From contig CAVTDR010000006.1 in NCBI GenBank assembly GCA_963733535.1, positions 1,926,775 to 1,990,774 of the forward strand: 64,000 nucleotides of DNA, written 5' to 3'. Below the pieces are notes generated by a model, which searched no databases, was not told the origin of the DNA, and saw only the letters and a list, made by a program, of their open reading frames with translations. This DNA comes from an uncultured Bacteroidota bacterium. GTDB taxonomy: Bacteria > Bacteroidota > Bacteroidia > Bacteroidales > UBA10428. Every line of letters begins with the position of its first letter. The first letter of the stretch is position 1. The translations under genes were made by a program, and so were the position numbers. Below, piece by piece: positions 1 to 9,432 of the stretch.

Positions 1-691
1 TGCCGCCAGTGGCATACTGAAGCTTGGGTTTCCAGGTTTTAAAGCGGGAATCCTCATTGGGGCCCCATCCGGAAAAGAAATTGCGAGCACCATGAAGGCG
101 GAACGCACTATTTCTAATATGTGTAGAAGCAAACAAATCAAAATTCCAGGTATATCCTGGTTCTGAATAGCCGCTGGCACTGGCCTTAAATGGGTCCTCA
201 GCTTTTGAATCCGTAATAATATTGATGGCTCCTGCCAGTGCATTACTGCCATAAACTACCGACATGGGTCCCTCAATAATTTCTATATGGTCAATACTCA
301 GTAAGGGAAGCTGGCCTAGATCAAGTCGGTCCCAAAGTCGTCCGACCACCGGAATTCCATCAACCAGAATTTTAATATGCTCTCCTGTCATCCCTCTGAT
401 GCGCATAAAATCGCCCAGGATGCCTCCTGAGCGCATCTGAAATCCGGGCTCTGTTCGTAACAGTTCTCCCAGGTTCTGTGCAGCCTTTAACCGAATCTGT
501 CGATCATCGATGACTTTAATTTCATAAATCGATTGATCTATCGGTTGGGCACGGAACTGCCCGGTAACAACAACTGCATGAATGGTATCAACCTGAACCC
601 TGTTTGCAGTATCCACCGGTTTGTATTGTCCCGGCTGCGCGCAGAGGTTCAGGCTAATTATGATGCAGTAAATGAAAGTTGTAATTCGCAT
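1..691 (-). CDS. TonB-dependent outer-membrane receptor, N-terminal part (3' end runs off the window)
   Basis: Absent from the ORF track because it is open at the window edge. Minus-strand translation from the ATG at 689-691 gives the signal peptide MRITTFIYCIIISLNLCAQ. Plug-domain sequence follows: IRGMTGEHIKILVDGIPVV ... IEIIEGPMSVVYGSNALAGAINII. Confidence 0.8.
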   Translation of the reverse strand, partial: MRITTFIYCIIISLNLCAQPGQYKPVDTANRVQVDTIHAVVVTGQFRAQPIDQSIYEIKVIDDRQIRLKAAQNLGELLRTEPGFQMRSGGILGDFMRIRGMTGEHIKILVDGIPVVGRLWDRLDLGQLPLLSIDHIEIIEGPMSVVYGSNALAGAINIITDSKAEDPFKASASGYSEPGYTWNFDLFASTHIRNSAFRLHGARNFFSGWGPNEDSRFKTWKPKLQYATGG

Positions 692-725
692 TCGTTTACC
701 TGATCGCATGATAAATATGGCCGTT

Positions 726-1727
726 TTATTCGACCCGGTTAATCTTAAATGTAAGAGATCCTTCAGCCAGACTGGAATATCCTGTAAAATAAATCTGATA
801 CTTGGAACCGTTCTCTTTCCGTATAAAATAGCTTGCGCTGTCGACAATCGATATGGCATGCGTTACCGGGTCAGAAGCTTTCCAGTCGCTTCCAATAACA
901 TCTGCACGATCTTCATATCCATTTGTACTATTGGCATCGGTAGCGTCATCTGCATGCACATCTGTTACTTTTGCTATTTCAAGCCCCGGATAACTAAGTA
1001 CACCTGTTACAGGATAATTCATATAAGTTGACGGACCTGTGGGAACTTTTATGATATAGCGGGTAAATAAAAGATCCCAATCATCGGGTTCCACTTCTTT
1101 AAGTGCATTTTCAACCAGCGAATAGTGAATGAAATTTTTAGTTTGAAAATAAGGTGTAGTGGAAAAGGATGCGATATGTTCCTGGGTTCCGTCCAGATTT
1201 GCCCATTTTACAATATTTACTGAATTAACACCCATTTTCGCCCGAATTATGAGTTTCTTGTAGGTACCATCGGTAAGTTTGATAACATAAAGCGAATCAC
1301 CTCCAACATTATGATCCGGAGTACCTCCATGGTAAGTGCCCCATCCGTAGTTTGGAAAACCGGTGGCAAACTGATTAAAAGCACCTGTATTCCAGTCGGA
1401 TTTATCGTTAAAACGAAGATTTTTAGTGGATAGTGCATCGCCAGGAACAGTTGCCCACTTGCTGGTGTCGCCCACACAGTATAATTCAACTCCTGCACCT
1501 TCATTAATTAAAATTGTAGCAGTTTGCAGGGGTACTGAAAAGGCAATATCCCAGTCGGCACGGTTTTCCGAACTGATTATGCCCGTTTCCAAACTATAAT
1601 AAACATCTTCAACACTGTTGGTTCCCATGGAAATGGTTTCGGTTCTGAATTGCGGATCGGAATCATTGTTTTTTTCACATGCAACAAACACTGCTGCTAT
1701 GCATATAATTACAGATAAAATTTTCAT
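726..1727 (-). CDS. HmuY-like surface lipoprotein (putative heme/porphyrin-binding partner of the downstream TonB receptor)
   Basis: Lipoprotein signal MKILSVIICIAAVFVAC. It has an ADWDIAF motif and sits immediately upstream of a TonB-dependent receptor, as in hmuY-hmuR loci. The family assignment is from memory only. Confidence 0.5.
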   Translation of the reverse strand: MKILSVIICIAAVFVACEKNNDSDPQFRTETISMGTNSVEDVYYSLETGIISSENRADWDIAFSVPLQTATILINEGAGVELYCVGDTSKWATVPGDALSTKNLRFNDKSDWNTGAFNQFATGFPNYGWGTYHGGTPDHNVGGDSLYVIKLTDGTYKKLIIRAKMGVNSVNIVKWANLDGTQEHIASFSTTPYFQTKNFIHYSLVENALKEVEPDDWDLLFTRYIIKVPTGPSTYMNYPVTGVLSYPGLEIAKVTDVHADDATDANSTNGYEDRADVIGSDWKASDPVTHAISIVDSASYFIRKENGSKYQIYFTGYSSLAEGSLTFKINRVE

Positions 1728-1827
1728 TCCTGATAAGGTTAAAATCGTTAAAACTATTTGGGTTTGGGGAATAGCTGTATTACTGAGCCGCGCTCCGGAT
1801 CAGTAAATGAAAGGAATTTTAAGATGC

Positions 1828-2178
1828 TTAGCAGAGATAAATGGGAGGACCCCGCTGGAAGATTGGAATTTTAGTTACCCAAATAAATCCACCTTCCATC
1901 CCTGGCATATGATTCATACCATATGGAACCAGGAAGCGCGGTGGATCAGAATCGGGAATGATAGCCATCCAGTTGAATACAATGGTTCGCTCACTTGAAA
2001 TGGGGTGAGCTTTTTCTGTCCCGGGTTGGTAAACACTAATTTGATGGTCGGGATTGACCTGTTCTGCATTCCGGAAGAATGACAAACCTCCGCTCATCCC
2101 AATAAGCATAAAAGCCCATACTACCGAGAGGTAAACAATATAGGGGATTGCAGAGTTAAAACTTCCGAGGAAAAACAT
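1828..2178 (-). CDS. hypothetical small membrane protein
   Basis: 116-aa ORF with one N-terminal hydrophobic helix, upstream of and co-directional with the HmuY-like gene. An ORF on the opposite strand overlaps it, so whether it is coding is uncertain. Confidence 0.3.
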   Translation of the reverse strand: MFFLGSFNSAIPYIVYLSVVWAFMLIGMSGGLSFFRNAEQVNPDHQISVYQPGTEKAHPISSERTIVFNWMAIIPDSDPPRFLVPYGMNHMPGMEGGFIWVTKIPIFQRGPPIYLC

Positions 2179-2231
2179 GTCTGGAATTTGTTAACAAACA
2201 AAAATAGTTAAAAAAAGTTCCTTGGGTTATA

Positions 2232-3383
2232 TTAATATTTAACAGGGATTTCAATCATAAATGTTGTCCCGGTATCGGGATTGGAAGTGAAACTGACCTT
2301 CCCTTTAAGATAGGTTTCTCCAAACAATTTCATGCTATACGTCCCAAGACCTCTTCCCTGACCTTTTGTAGTAAACGAACGTTGAAAAATCTGGTGTTGA
2401 ATCTCCATAGGGATAACGCCGGGATTGTTTACTAAAAAAGTACACGTTTTCTTTTTCCTAAATACGGAAAGTAAAATTCTTCCATGGTCGGATGTGGCTT
2501 CAGCAGCATTTTTAGCCATATTTAACAAAATTCTTTTCAGGAGTGCACCATCTGTTTGCAGGGAAAAATCGGCTGAATCAAAATGTACATCAATTTTTAA
2601 ATTGCGGGCAACAGGGTGAAACATAATCTGACGTCGAACGGATTCAACCATTTCACTGGCTTTGTTTTCCCTGATATTCACTAAAAGATTGTCTGTTTCT
2701 GCTGATTTAAGGTATTGTTGATTTTGAATATCTTCCACCACAATATCTCCAAGTGTTTCAAGAATATTCAAATATTCTTCAAGTTCGGGTTGTTTGTTTC
2801 CGTTTTTAATAAGTCTTATAATTCCGGAAAGTCCCCCAAGGCGGTTCAGTACATCATGAAAGAAAACGTTTTCAAGAACCGCTTTTCTTTTCTCATGGCT
2901 GATGTCTTCAAGATGCATCAATGTAAATATGCGGTTATTCAAAAGCAGGGGGGAACAGGTTATTTTGAAATCGTGATATTCAAGCTTCTTGTTCCTGTGA
3001 AGGGATATACGGCATTCACCGGTTACAGTGGCATTCAGTTGTTGCGACTTTTTTATAGTATTCTGAATTCCGCAATAATTGCACTTTTCACCCTTACCGC
3101 ATTCGGTATAAACTTCATTGTTATTACAGGAAAGGATTTTCCCAGGCCTTTTGCCTATTATTTCTTCAATCGCAGAGGCTGTAGAATAACTATGGAGTTT
3201 GCTGTTAGAGAGAATAATCTGCAGACGGTCATTAATAATTGCGCTGATAAAGGGACTACTATTAAGGATATCCTGAATAACCGGAACGTGTTCAGAAGTG
3301 TAGAAATCATCATAAATATCAGAATCTATTGAATCCCGGCTCAATATATATTTATTCTGTGAAGCATTCTCCAGGGTACCCAT
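2232..3383 (-). CDS. sensor histidine kinase (orphan) with a Cys-rich sensory domain
   Basis: H-box FFHDVLNRLGGLSG. HATPase N/G boxes LLNMAKNAAEAT and GRGLGTYSMK. C-x8-C-x5-C-x2-C motif (CNNNEVYTECGKGEKCNYC) in the N-terminal half. No transmembrane segment. Confidence 0.85.
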   Translation of the reverse strand: MGTLENASQNKYILSRDSIDSDIYDDFYTSEHVPVIQDILNSSPFISAIINDRLQIILSNSKLHSYSTASAIEEIIGKRPGKILSCNNNEVYTECGKGEKCNYCGIQNTIKKSQQLNATVTGECRISLHRNKKLEYHDFKITCSPLLLNNRIFTLMHLEDISHEKRKAVLENVFFHDVLNRLGGLSGIIRLIKNGNKQPELEEYLNILETLGDIVVEDIQNQQYLKSAETDNLLVNIRENKASEMVESVRRQIMFHPVARNLKIDVHFDSADFSLQTDGALLKRILLNMAKNAAEATSDHGRILLSVFRKKKTCTFLVNNPGVIPMEIQHQIFQRSFTTKGQGRGLGTYSMKLFGETYLKGKVSFTSNPDTGTTFMIEIPVKY

Positions 3384-3524
3384 CGACTATGAAAATGAGA
3401 TATATGGATGCAAATATACGAATAAATTACCAATAGCTTGCAGCATATGCTATAGATAAACTTTTTTTCATAAAAAAGCCAGGTTATGTTTTAACCTGGC
3501 TGTAAGCGAACTATTAAAAGAAGG

Positions 3525-3686
3525 TTATACCACGGGGTCTCCGCCACCGCGTATAAGTCGCAGCAAAATAGCGATTATTGCTAATACAAGAAGGATGTGA
3601 ATAACTGCTCCTGCATTATAGGCAAAGAGTCCAATAGCCCAACCTATTACAAGGATAATGGCTATTATATACAGTAGGTTTCTCAT
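3525..3686 (-). CDS. lmo0937-family small membrane protein (53 aa, below the ORF-track cutoff)
   Basis: Own translation: MRNLLYIIAIILVIGWAIGLFAYNAGAVIHILLVLAIIAILLRLIRGGGDPVV. It has two hydrophobic helices and the characteristic GxxIHILLVxAxI...LxRLI pattern of this family. Confidence 0.75.
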   Translation of the reverse strand: MRNLLYIIAIILVIGWAIGLFAYNAGAVIHILLVLAIIAILLRLIRGGGDPVV

Positions 3687-3720
3687 AATGTTGATTTTTG
3701 TGATTGTTTAGTGCTTCATT

Positions 3721-4362
3721 TTAAAACATGATTCCCAATGTGGCCTGAATCCAAACATTTTTGAACCTTGGATCGGTAGAAGTGCCGTCTCCATTATTGT
3801 TTTGCATATCCCAACCTACTCTCCCGGATATAACAACAGGTGCAAGATTAAAATCCAGACCGCCAGTCAATCCAAAAATATTTTTACGGATGTTGTTGTT
3901 TTTGATGTCTGTTTGCTGTTCCGCAGTCAGATTCCCCGATTTAAAATCAATCCCCTTGTGAAGGAGGAATGAAAAATAAGGGCCTCCCAAAATGGTTAAA
4001 ATAGGACTGGGTTTAATCTGGAGTAATATGGGAATGTCCAGAAAATCATAATTTCGGGTGTATTCATAATCGATCAGCGATATATTTCCACTTCCTTTAT
4101 ACCCCTTCTGAGAATAAATCACTTCCGGTTGAATACCCAGATACGTGCCCAGGGGTATTCCAAAGAATACGCCACCAGCAAAACCGATTTTGGATTCACT
4201 GCTGAAATCGTCCCCTTGCGTATCATAAAGATTGGCTATGTTAATACCCGCTTTTATACCAAATGCCGGGTCTGCTCTCTGATCCAAAGGTTGTGCATAA
4301 AGATTTCCTGCAACAATTGTCATCAGACACAACATCATTACATTTCTGATTCTTGTCTTCAT
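3721..4362 (-). CDS. outer-membrane beta-barrel protein (porin-family / OMP_b-brl_2-like)
   Basis: Signal peptide ending AQ, alternating beta-strand pattern and C-terminal aromatic residue (LGIMF). Confidence 0.75.
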   Translation of the reverse strand: MKTRIRNVMMLCLMTIVAGNLYAQPLDQRADPAFGIKAGINIANLYDTQGDDFSSESKIGFAGGVFFGIPLGTYLGIQPEVIYSQKGYKGSGNISLIDYEYTRNYDFLDIPILLQIKPSPILTILGGPYFSFLLHKGIDFKSGNLTAEQQTDIKNNNIRKNIFGLTGGLDFNLAPVVISGRVGWDMQNNNGDGTSTDPRFKNVWIQATLGIMF

Positions 4363-4418
4363 TACTTTTTAATTTAGTTGTTCATGACTCATTTTTACGC
4401 TTCCTTAAACGGTGGGAA

Positions 4419-4455
4419 TAAAAAAGCCATTCTGAAAAATTTCAGAAGGCTTTTT
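4419..4455 (-). terminator. rho-independent terminator (usable in both directions)
   Basis: Stem gcc(a)ttctgaaa / tttcagaaggc, flanked by an A-run upstream and a T-run downstream, directly after the stop of the 4468-4899 gene. Confidence 0.7.
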
Positions 4456-4467
4456 AAAATGCATTGG

Positions 4468-4899
4468 TTACCGCTTATCATCATTGGTTTTTAATCCCCA
4501 TAATTCGACATGGGCTTCGCGATCGCTTCGATTATTGATTGTTTTATACACGAGAACTATCTTTTTCAGATCGCGTTCACCACCGTCAAGTTCAATGATT
4601 CTACTTTCCCCTTTGGGTTTTATTGGGAAATTTACATTGATATCCTGTTTGCCACCATCATCAAAAAACACCTGCAGATCCATCAGATGAACCGGCACGT
4701 CCATTACTTTAAATTTAATAGCAGCAAATTTATCGGCACCCATTACATTGATTTCATCCCGATCGGTTTCAAAATTTACCGTTGTCTCACCAATCCGAAT
4801 CCAGTCTGTCCTATCACTTAGGATCACAGATGTTTCCTGAGCATTTATACTGAATATGCTTAGAACAGCAAGCATAGTAATCATTAATCCTTTTTTCAT
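4468..4899 (-). CDS. hypothetical secreted protein
   Basis: The track ORF runs to 5040, but that extension overlaps the CsbD gene. The internal start MKKGLMITMLAVLSIFSINAQ (ATG at 4897-4899) gives a clean signal peptide. Confidence 0.6.
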   Translation of the reverse strand: MKKGLMITMLAVLSIFSINAQETSVILSDRTDWIRIGETTVNFETDRDEINVMGADKFAAIKFKVMDVPVHLMDLQVFFDDGGKQDINVNFPIKPKGESRIIELDGGERDLKKIVLVYKTINNRSDREAHVELWGLKTNDDKR

Positions 4900-4930
4900 G
4901 TCCTGACAATTTGGTTTATGAATTAGAATG

Positions 4931-5113
4931 CTATATTCTTTCCAGGATATCACGGATTTCGCGATTCGATTTACCCAGTTTTTTTTGAAGGCGGCCAAGA
5001 AGTTCGTCTTCTTTTCCTTCAACAAAAAGCAGATCATCATCGGTTAAATCTGCATATTTTTGTTTGAGTTTACCTTTTAACTCATTCCAATTGCCTTTAA
5101 TAAGTGTTTCCAT
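4931..5113 (-). CDS. CsbD-family general stress protein
   Basis: 60 aa: [23 protein letters not shown]...[17 protein letters not shown], the canonical CsbD pattern. Confidence 0.85.
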   Translation of the reverse strand: METLIKGNWNELKGKLKQKYADLTDDDLLFVEGKEDELLGRLQKKLGKSNREIRDILERI

Positions 5114-5148
5114 TTTAGTTGATTTTAGTGAATATTAGCGGAAACCAA

Positions 5149-5673
5149 CTATTTGGTTTCCGTACTGGCTTCATAATTAATGTCGTTTTCAGCTATTTCA
5201 GTCAGCATCCGGTCGGCTTCCTTTTCTTCCTGTAGGGTAATTGCCAGTGTTTCGGCTATATCATCATAGCCTAATGTACGGGCCAATTGTGCCAGACTGC
5301 CATAAGCGGCAATTTCGTAATGCTCAATTTTTTGAGCCGACATAATAATACCGACATCTCTGGTTGCTGAACCTTCTTCGGTTTCATCAATGATATCTTC
5401 ACCTTCATCAATCAGGCCCTTCATGCCTTCGCATTTTTTGCCGGCTGCTTTTCTCCCAAGTTTTTCAAAGCACTGATCCAGTCGCTGAATCTGATCTTTT
5501 GTGATTTCAAGATGCTCACCCAATGCTCTCTCCAGTTGAATGGTGGTTGATTCCTTCTGCATTTTTGGCAAGGCTTTTAAAAGCTTGTTCTCTGCCCAAT
5601 AAATATCTTTTAAACCATCAACTAACAGTTCTTGTAGTAATGAATCTTTTGTTATAACAGGTTGTGTTTCCAT
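5149..5673 (-). CDS. ferritin-like YciE/YciF family (DUF892) stress protein
   Basis: LKDIYWAENKLLKALPKM ... HYEIAAYGSLAQLA ... LQEEKEADRML are typical DUF892 motifs. Confidence 0.85.
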   Translation of the reverse strand: METQPVITKDSLLQELLVDGLKDIYWAENKLLKALPKMQKESTTIQLERALGEHLEITKDQIQRLDQCFEKLGRKAAGKKCEGMKGLIDEGEDIIDETEEGSATRDVGIIMSAQKIEHYEIAAYGSLAQLARTLGYDDIAETLAITLQEEKEADRMLTEIAENDINYEASTETK

Positions 5674-6062
5674 AGTATTATTATTTTAGTTTTCAATGAA
5701 GCTATGGATTACAAAACTGTACCATTTTTATAATAATCAGATACATAATGTATTAACGAACTATTTATCCATTTTTCATTGCGAAAAATCCACAAAGAGG
5801 GGAAGTTTATACTCAAACAAAGGTGCCTGTATCTTCTGTGTTACCCGGAACCTGCATTTTCATGGCAATCTTGATTTCCTAATGATCACAGCGTATATTT
5901 AATGAAAGAGATAATTTTCTTATATGCCAATATTTTATGGAGCAGGCTTGTGTATATTAATCCTCAGGAATGTTCATTCTGTGGTGCAAATTACCCATTG
6001 CAATCTTAGGTATAGATCGATTTACAGCTTTGAATTTCCGGAGAATGCCTTCACTTTCCGGA

Positions 6063-7481
6063 TTAAAGCATGGATTTTTCGTAGTTTTTTATTTTATTAT
6101 AGAGGGTTTTTCGGTCGATATTCAAAATTTCCGCTGCCTTGCTCTTATTGAAATTTACTTCTTTGAGTACATTCATAATGGTTTCAAATTCTGCCTTGCA
6201 GGAGACATCTTTCAGGTCCTTTTTTGAATTGGGAACCATAAGATTTTGTTGCAATACATCGGCTGGTTTGAAATATCCGGGATTGATGATTTCGACCGGT
6301 AATACCTGTAGTGGTATTTTTGGAGTATTGGTGAGTAAAACTGCACGCCTGACGATATTCCTGCATTCGCGAAGATTGCCCGGCCAAGCATAATGGACAA
6401 ATTTTTCAATCACTTCATCTTCAAATCCTTCCACATTTTTGCCGAGCTCACGGTTACTTTCCTCACGAAAAAAATTTGCAAAGAGGGGTATATCTTCTCT
6501 TCGGTTGCGCAATGCGGGAATGTTGATGGTAAATTCATTAAAACGGTGGTATAAGTCTTCTCTGAATTTACCATTTTGATATGCTTCCTGTAAACTATCG
6601 TTAGAAGCTACAATGATTCGGATATCGAGATTGTATTCTTTGGTGCCTCCAACTTTTTCAAATCTACGCTCCTGAATTACCCGTAATAAGGCTGCCTGTG
6701 TTTCATAGGATAAATTGGTGATCTCATCCAGGAAAATGGTTCCGTTGTTGGCCATCTCAAAATATCCGTCTTTATCGAAGAGAGCTCCTGTAAAAGCTCC
6801 TTTCACATGGCCAAACAGGGCACTTCCAGCCAACTCGTTGGATATGGTTCCGCAATCAATGGCGACGAAAGGTTGTTTGCTGCGTTTGCTCTTTTCATGA
6901 ATGGTGCGGGCAATGACTTCTTTTCCGGTTCCTGTTTCTCCATAGAGAATTACACTGTAATCAGTAGGAGAAACAATATCAATCTGATGGTATATTTCAC
7001 GAATTACCTTGGATTGACCGATGATATATTTATTGTTATTAACTGTGGAAATCTTGGCTTTTGAAGAGAGCTGCGAAGAATTTGTTGCTTTTTTTGTTTC
7101 AGAATCTTTAGATTGAATCGCATTGGACAACACATTTAATACTTCGTCAGTAATGAGTGGCTTAGTAATATAGTCATATGCGCCGGCCTTAATGATTTCT
7201 ACGGCTGTTTTTATATGCGAGTATCCAGTAATGATAATAACAATAGTATCTGCTTTTATACTTTTAATTTCCTGAAGAACTTCCTTTCCGCTTTTATCTC
7301 CCAGACGATAATCGCAAATGACGATATCAAAGTTTTTTTCCCTGAATTTCGAAAGGCCCCCCGTTGCATTAAACGCTGTTTCGGTTTCATAGCCATTCTT
7401 GTTCAAAAACCTGCTTAATAAAAGGCAGATATCCCTATCATCATCTATTATAAGCACGCTCCTGATCATATTCATATACAT
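6063..7481 (-). CDS. sigma-54-dependent response regulator (NtrC family: REC + AAA+ + Fis-type HTH)
   Basis: REC domain (LIIDDD...CDYRLGD), Walker A GETGTGKE, GAFTGA motif (HVKGAFTGA) and C-terminal HTH (KSKAAEILNIDRKTLYNKI). Confidence 0.9.
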   Translation of the reverse strand: MYMNMIRSVLIIDDDRDICLLLSRFLNKNGYETETAFNATGGLSKFREKNFDIVICDYRLGDKSGKEVLQEIKSIKADTIVIIITGYSHIKTAVEIIKAGAYDYITKPLITDEVLNVLSNAIQSKDSETKKATNSSQLSSKAKISTVNNNKYIIGQSKVIREIYHQIDIVSPTDYSVILYGETGTGKEVIARTIHEKSKRSKQPFVAIDCGTISNELAGSALFGHVKGAFTGALFDKDGYFEMANNGTIFLDEITNLSYETQAALLRVIQERRFEKVGGTKEYNLDIRIIVASNDSLQEAYQNGKFREDLYHRFNEFTINIPALRNRREDIPLFANFFREESNRELGKNVEGFEDEVIEKFVHYAWPGNLRECRNIVRRAVLLTNTPKIPLQVLPVEIINPGYFKPADVLQQNLMVPNSKKDLKDVSCKAEFETIMNVLKEVNFNKSKAAEILNIDRKTLYNKIKNYEKSML

Positions 7482-7545
7482 GATTGATTCTACGCTATGG
7501 GAACAACTGAAAGTGATTAAAAGTTCGATCAGGCAACAATTAAAG

Positions 7546-7947
7546 TCAGATCATACGGGCCAAAGCGTGATAAATCTCTTCTTGAGTGAAGGGCTTGCTG
7601 ACAAAATCAATGGCCCCTTTAGAAACAGCGGTTTCCTTATCGTTTTGAAGGTCATGTCCTGTTATAATTGTGACCTTTGTATTTGGGTAATGGTCTCTGA
7701 TGTAATCCAGAAATTCAATACCTAAACCATCAGGCAGGTGATTATCCAAAAAAATGATGGCAGGTTGCGTGTGCCGCAAAAATTTCTCAGCTTCCGTAAG
7801 TGAATATACATAGCTGGTTTTTATTCCCTGGTTTCGCAATATGTTTGTCAGCAAATAGCAGATTTCAATTTCATCGTCTATGATTAAAGCATTCATAAGA
7901 AACGATTTTTTCAATTGTACCGCAATTTTTGATCCATTCTGTTTCAT
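7546..7947 (-). CDS. stand-alone response-regulator receiver protein
   Basis: 133-aa single REC domain (ALIIDDE...FLDNHLPDG...SKP). Its start overlaps the stop of the upstream kinase by 4 nt. Confidence 0.85.
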   Translation of the reverse strand: MKQNGSKIAVQLKKSFLMNALIIDDEIEICYLLTNILRNQGIKTSYVYSLTEAEKFLRHTQPAIIFLDNHLPDGLGIEFLDYIRDHYPNTKVTIITGHDLQNDKETAVSKGAIDFVSKPFTQEEIYHALARMI

Positions 7948-9344
7948 GGCGTTGCAACAACCGGTTCAGTAACTGCTAAAGTTATGGTAAAGACAGTTCC
8001 TTGTCCAGGAGAACTTTCTACGGTTATATTTCCACTGTGATTTAAGATGATGTTTTGCGTGAGGGTGAGTCCGAGACCACTGCCATTTTCCTTCTGGGTG
8101 AAGTAGGGGTCAAATATCCGGGCGATCGATTTTTCATCCATGCCCATACCATTATCTTTTATCATGATCATGCATTCTTCCTGAACCCGTTGTGTGGAAA
8201 TCTCCAGAACTCCCTTTCCGGGTTCCATTGCTTCAATAGCATTAATAATAAGATTCAGTAATGCGATTCTCAGTTTTTCCTGATCCGCCTTGATCACACA
8301 TGGATGTTCAGACAACTTACTGATTAATTGGATTTCATTAAGTTCAATCCGGTCCTTTGCCAGCTCAATAGCTTGTTCAACAATCGTATTTACCGAAATA
8401 TGATCGAGGATTAATTGGGAGAATTTGGTAGAATTCAGTAATTCCAGAATCAAATCGTGAATACGATTCACATTGCGTGTGATAATGGATAGTAACAGGG
8501 AAGTGTCTTCAGTCTCAGGCACCGATGATCCCAGTTGTTCGGCAGCAAGTGAGATACTGGTTAACGGATTTCTCACTTCATGTGCAATTGCCCGGGCAAT
8601 GCGACCGCTGGTAGCGAACTTTTCAATACTCCGGAGTTTCACAAGATCATTATTTGCAGCCAGCAGTTTTTCAATTCCCTCTTTCATCTGCTCGCGGTAC
8701 TGCTTTTTAGCCACACTCACCTTGTTAAATAACATCATAGAGTAAACTACAAGAATAACAGCAAGAAGCAATGTAAAAATGTGAATGATCCTCATACGGT
8801 GCGACAGGTTTTCAATTGTCCGGGTTCTGGTCTGCAGAATATAGCTTTCCCGGGATTTTATTTTCTCCGATATAGCATTGAAGTGCAATCGGGTTTCAGA
8901 ACCATAATCAATCCTTTTTTGAATGAGGCTGTCATAATTCAGATGACGCACCCGGATCGTATCCAGGAGTTCATTATTATATCTTATTCTGGCGGAAACA
9001 AGCATTTGGAGAGAATCAAAATTCTCCTTTTGCAGGGGATCTATGTCTTTATACTGGCTCATGAGCATTAAGGATGACTGGGCACAGAGTACATTTTTTC
9101 CGTATGATTCGAGATCAGCAGCGTCATGGGTAACAAGATAATTGATAAAATCAATTTCTGAATCCTTGATACAAAGCAGCAATGCACTCAGATCGTTAAT
9201 GGTTTTGCCGGCTGTATTCACTACAACAGCACGCCTTTCCATTTGCCGGGTCATAAAGAAAACAAGCAGATAAGAGATCATGAGTAACGCAAAGGCAGTA
9301 AGATAGCCATTTCGCACTTTTCTTTCCCTGTTAAAAAACTTCAT
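7944..9344 (-). CDS. sensor histidine kinase (membrane-anchored)
   Basis: Two transmembrane segments, H-box AHEVRNPLTSISL, and HATPase boxes NLIINAIEAM, DNGMGM and GSGLGLTL. Confidence 0.85.
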   Translation of the reverse strand: MKFFNRERKVRNGYLTAFALLMISYLLVFFMTRQMERRAVVVNTAGKTINDLSALLLCIKDSEIDFINYLVTHDAADLESYGKNVLCAQSSLMLMSQYKDIDPLQKENFDSLQMLVSARIRYNNELLDTIRVRHLNYDSLIQKRIDYGSETRLHFNAISEKIKSRESYILQTRTRTIENLSHRMRIIHIFTLLLAVILVVYSMMLFNKVSVAKKQYREQMKEGIEKLLAANNDLVKLRSIEKFATSGRIARAIAHEVRNPLTSISLAAEQLGSSVPETEDTSLLLSIITRNVNRIHDLILELLNSTKFSQLILDHISVNTIVEQAIELAKDRIELNEIQLISKLSEHPCVIKADQEKLRIALLNLIINAIEAMEPGKGVLEISTQRVQEECMIMIKDNGMGMDEKSIARIFDPYFTQKENGSGLGLTLTQNIILNHSGNITVESSPGQGTVFTITLAVTEPVVATP

Positions 9345-9432
9345 CAGTGTATGTAAAAAAATACGTTAAAGGGCAGCGCATTCGGTGTCTGATAAAAAGA
9401 ATGGGATATTTGTAAAGCAGTAAGGGATGAAA

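Noticed and set aside
2715-3332. Long antisense or overlapping ORFs inside confirmed genes (for example 2715-3332 +, 14617-15141 -, 22684-23112 -, 29507-30013 -, 44639-45037 -, 63393-63866 +)
   Set aside because: Each is embedded in a gene with strong family motifs on the other strand or in another frame. Each has low-complexity or atypical composition and no recognisable domain.
4900-5040. N-terminal extension of the 4468-5040 ORF
   Set aside because: The extension overlaps the CsbD gene on the same strand. The internal Met at 4899 gives a normal signal peptide.
5674-6062. Sigma-54 promoter (GG-N10-GC) upstream of the stress cluster, which would link it to the adjacent NtrC-type activator
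   Set aside because: The candidates seen by eye (aggcacctttgtttg on the minus strand, tggcaatcttgatttcc on the plus strand) have a wrong -12 element or wrong spacing. No convincing site was found, and no regulatory feature is claimed.
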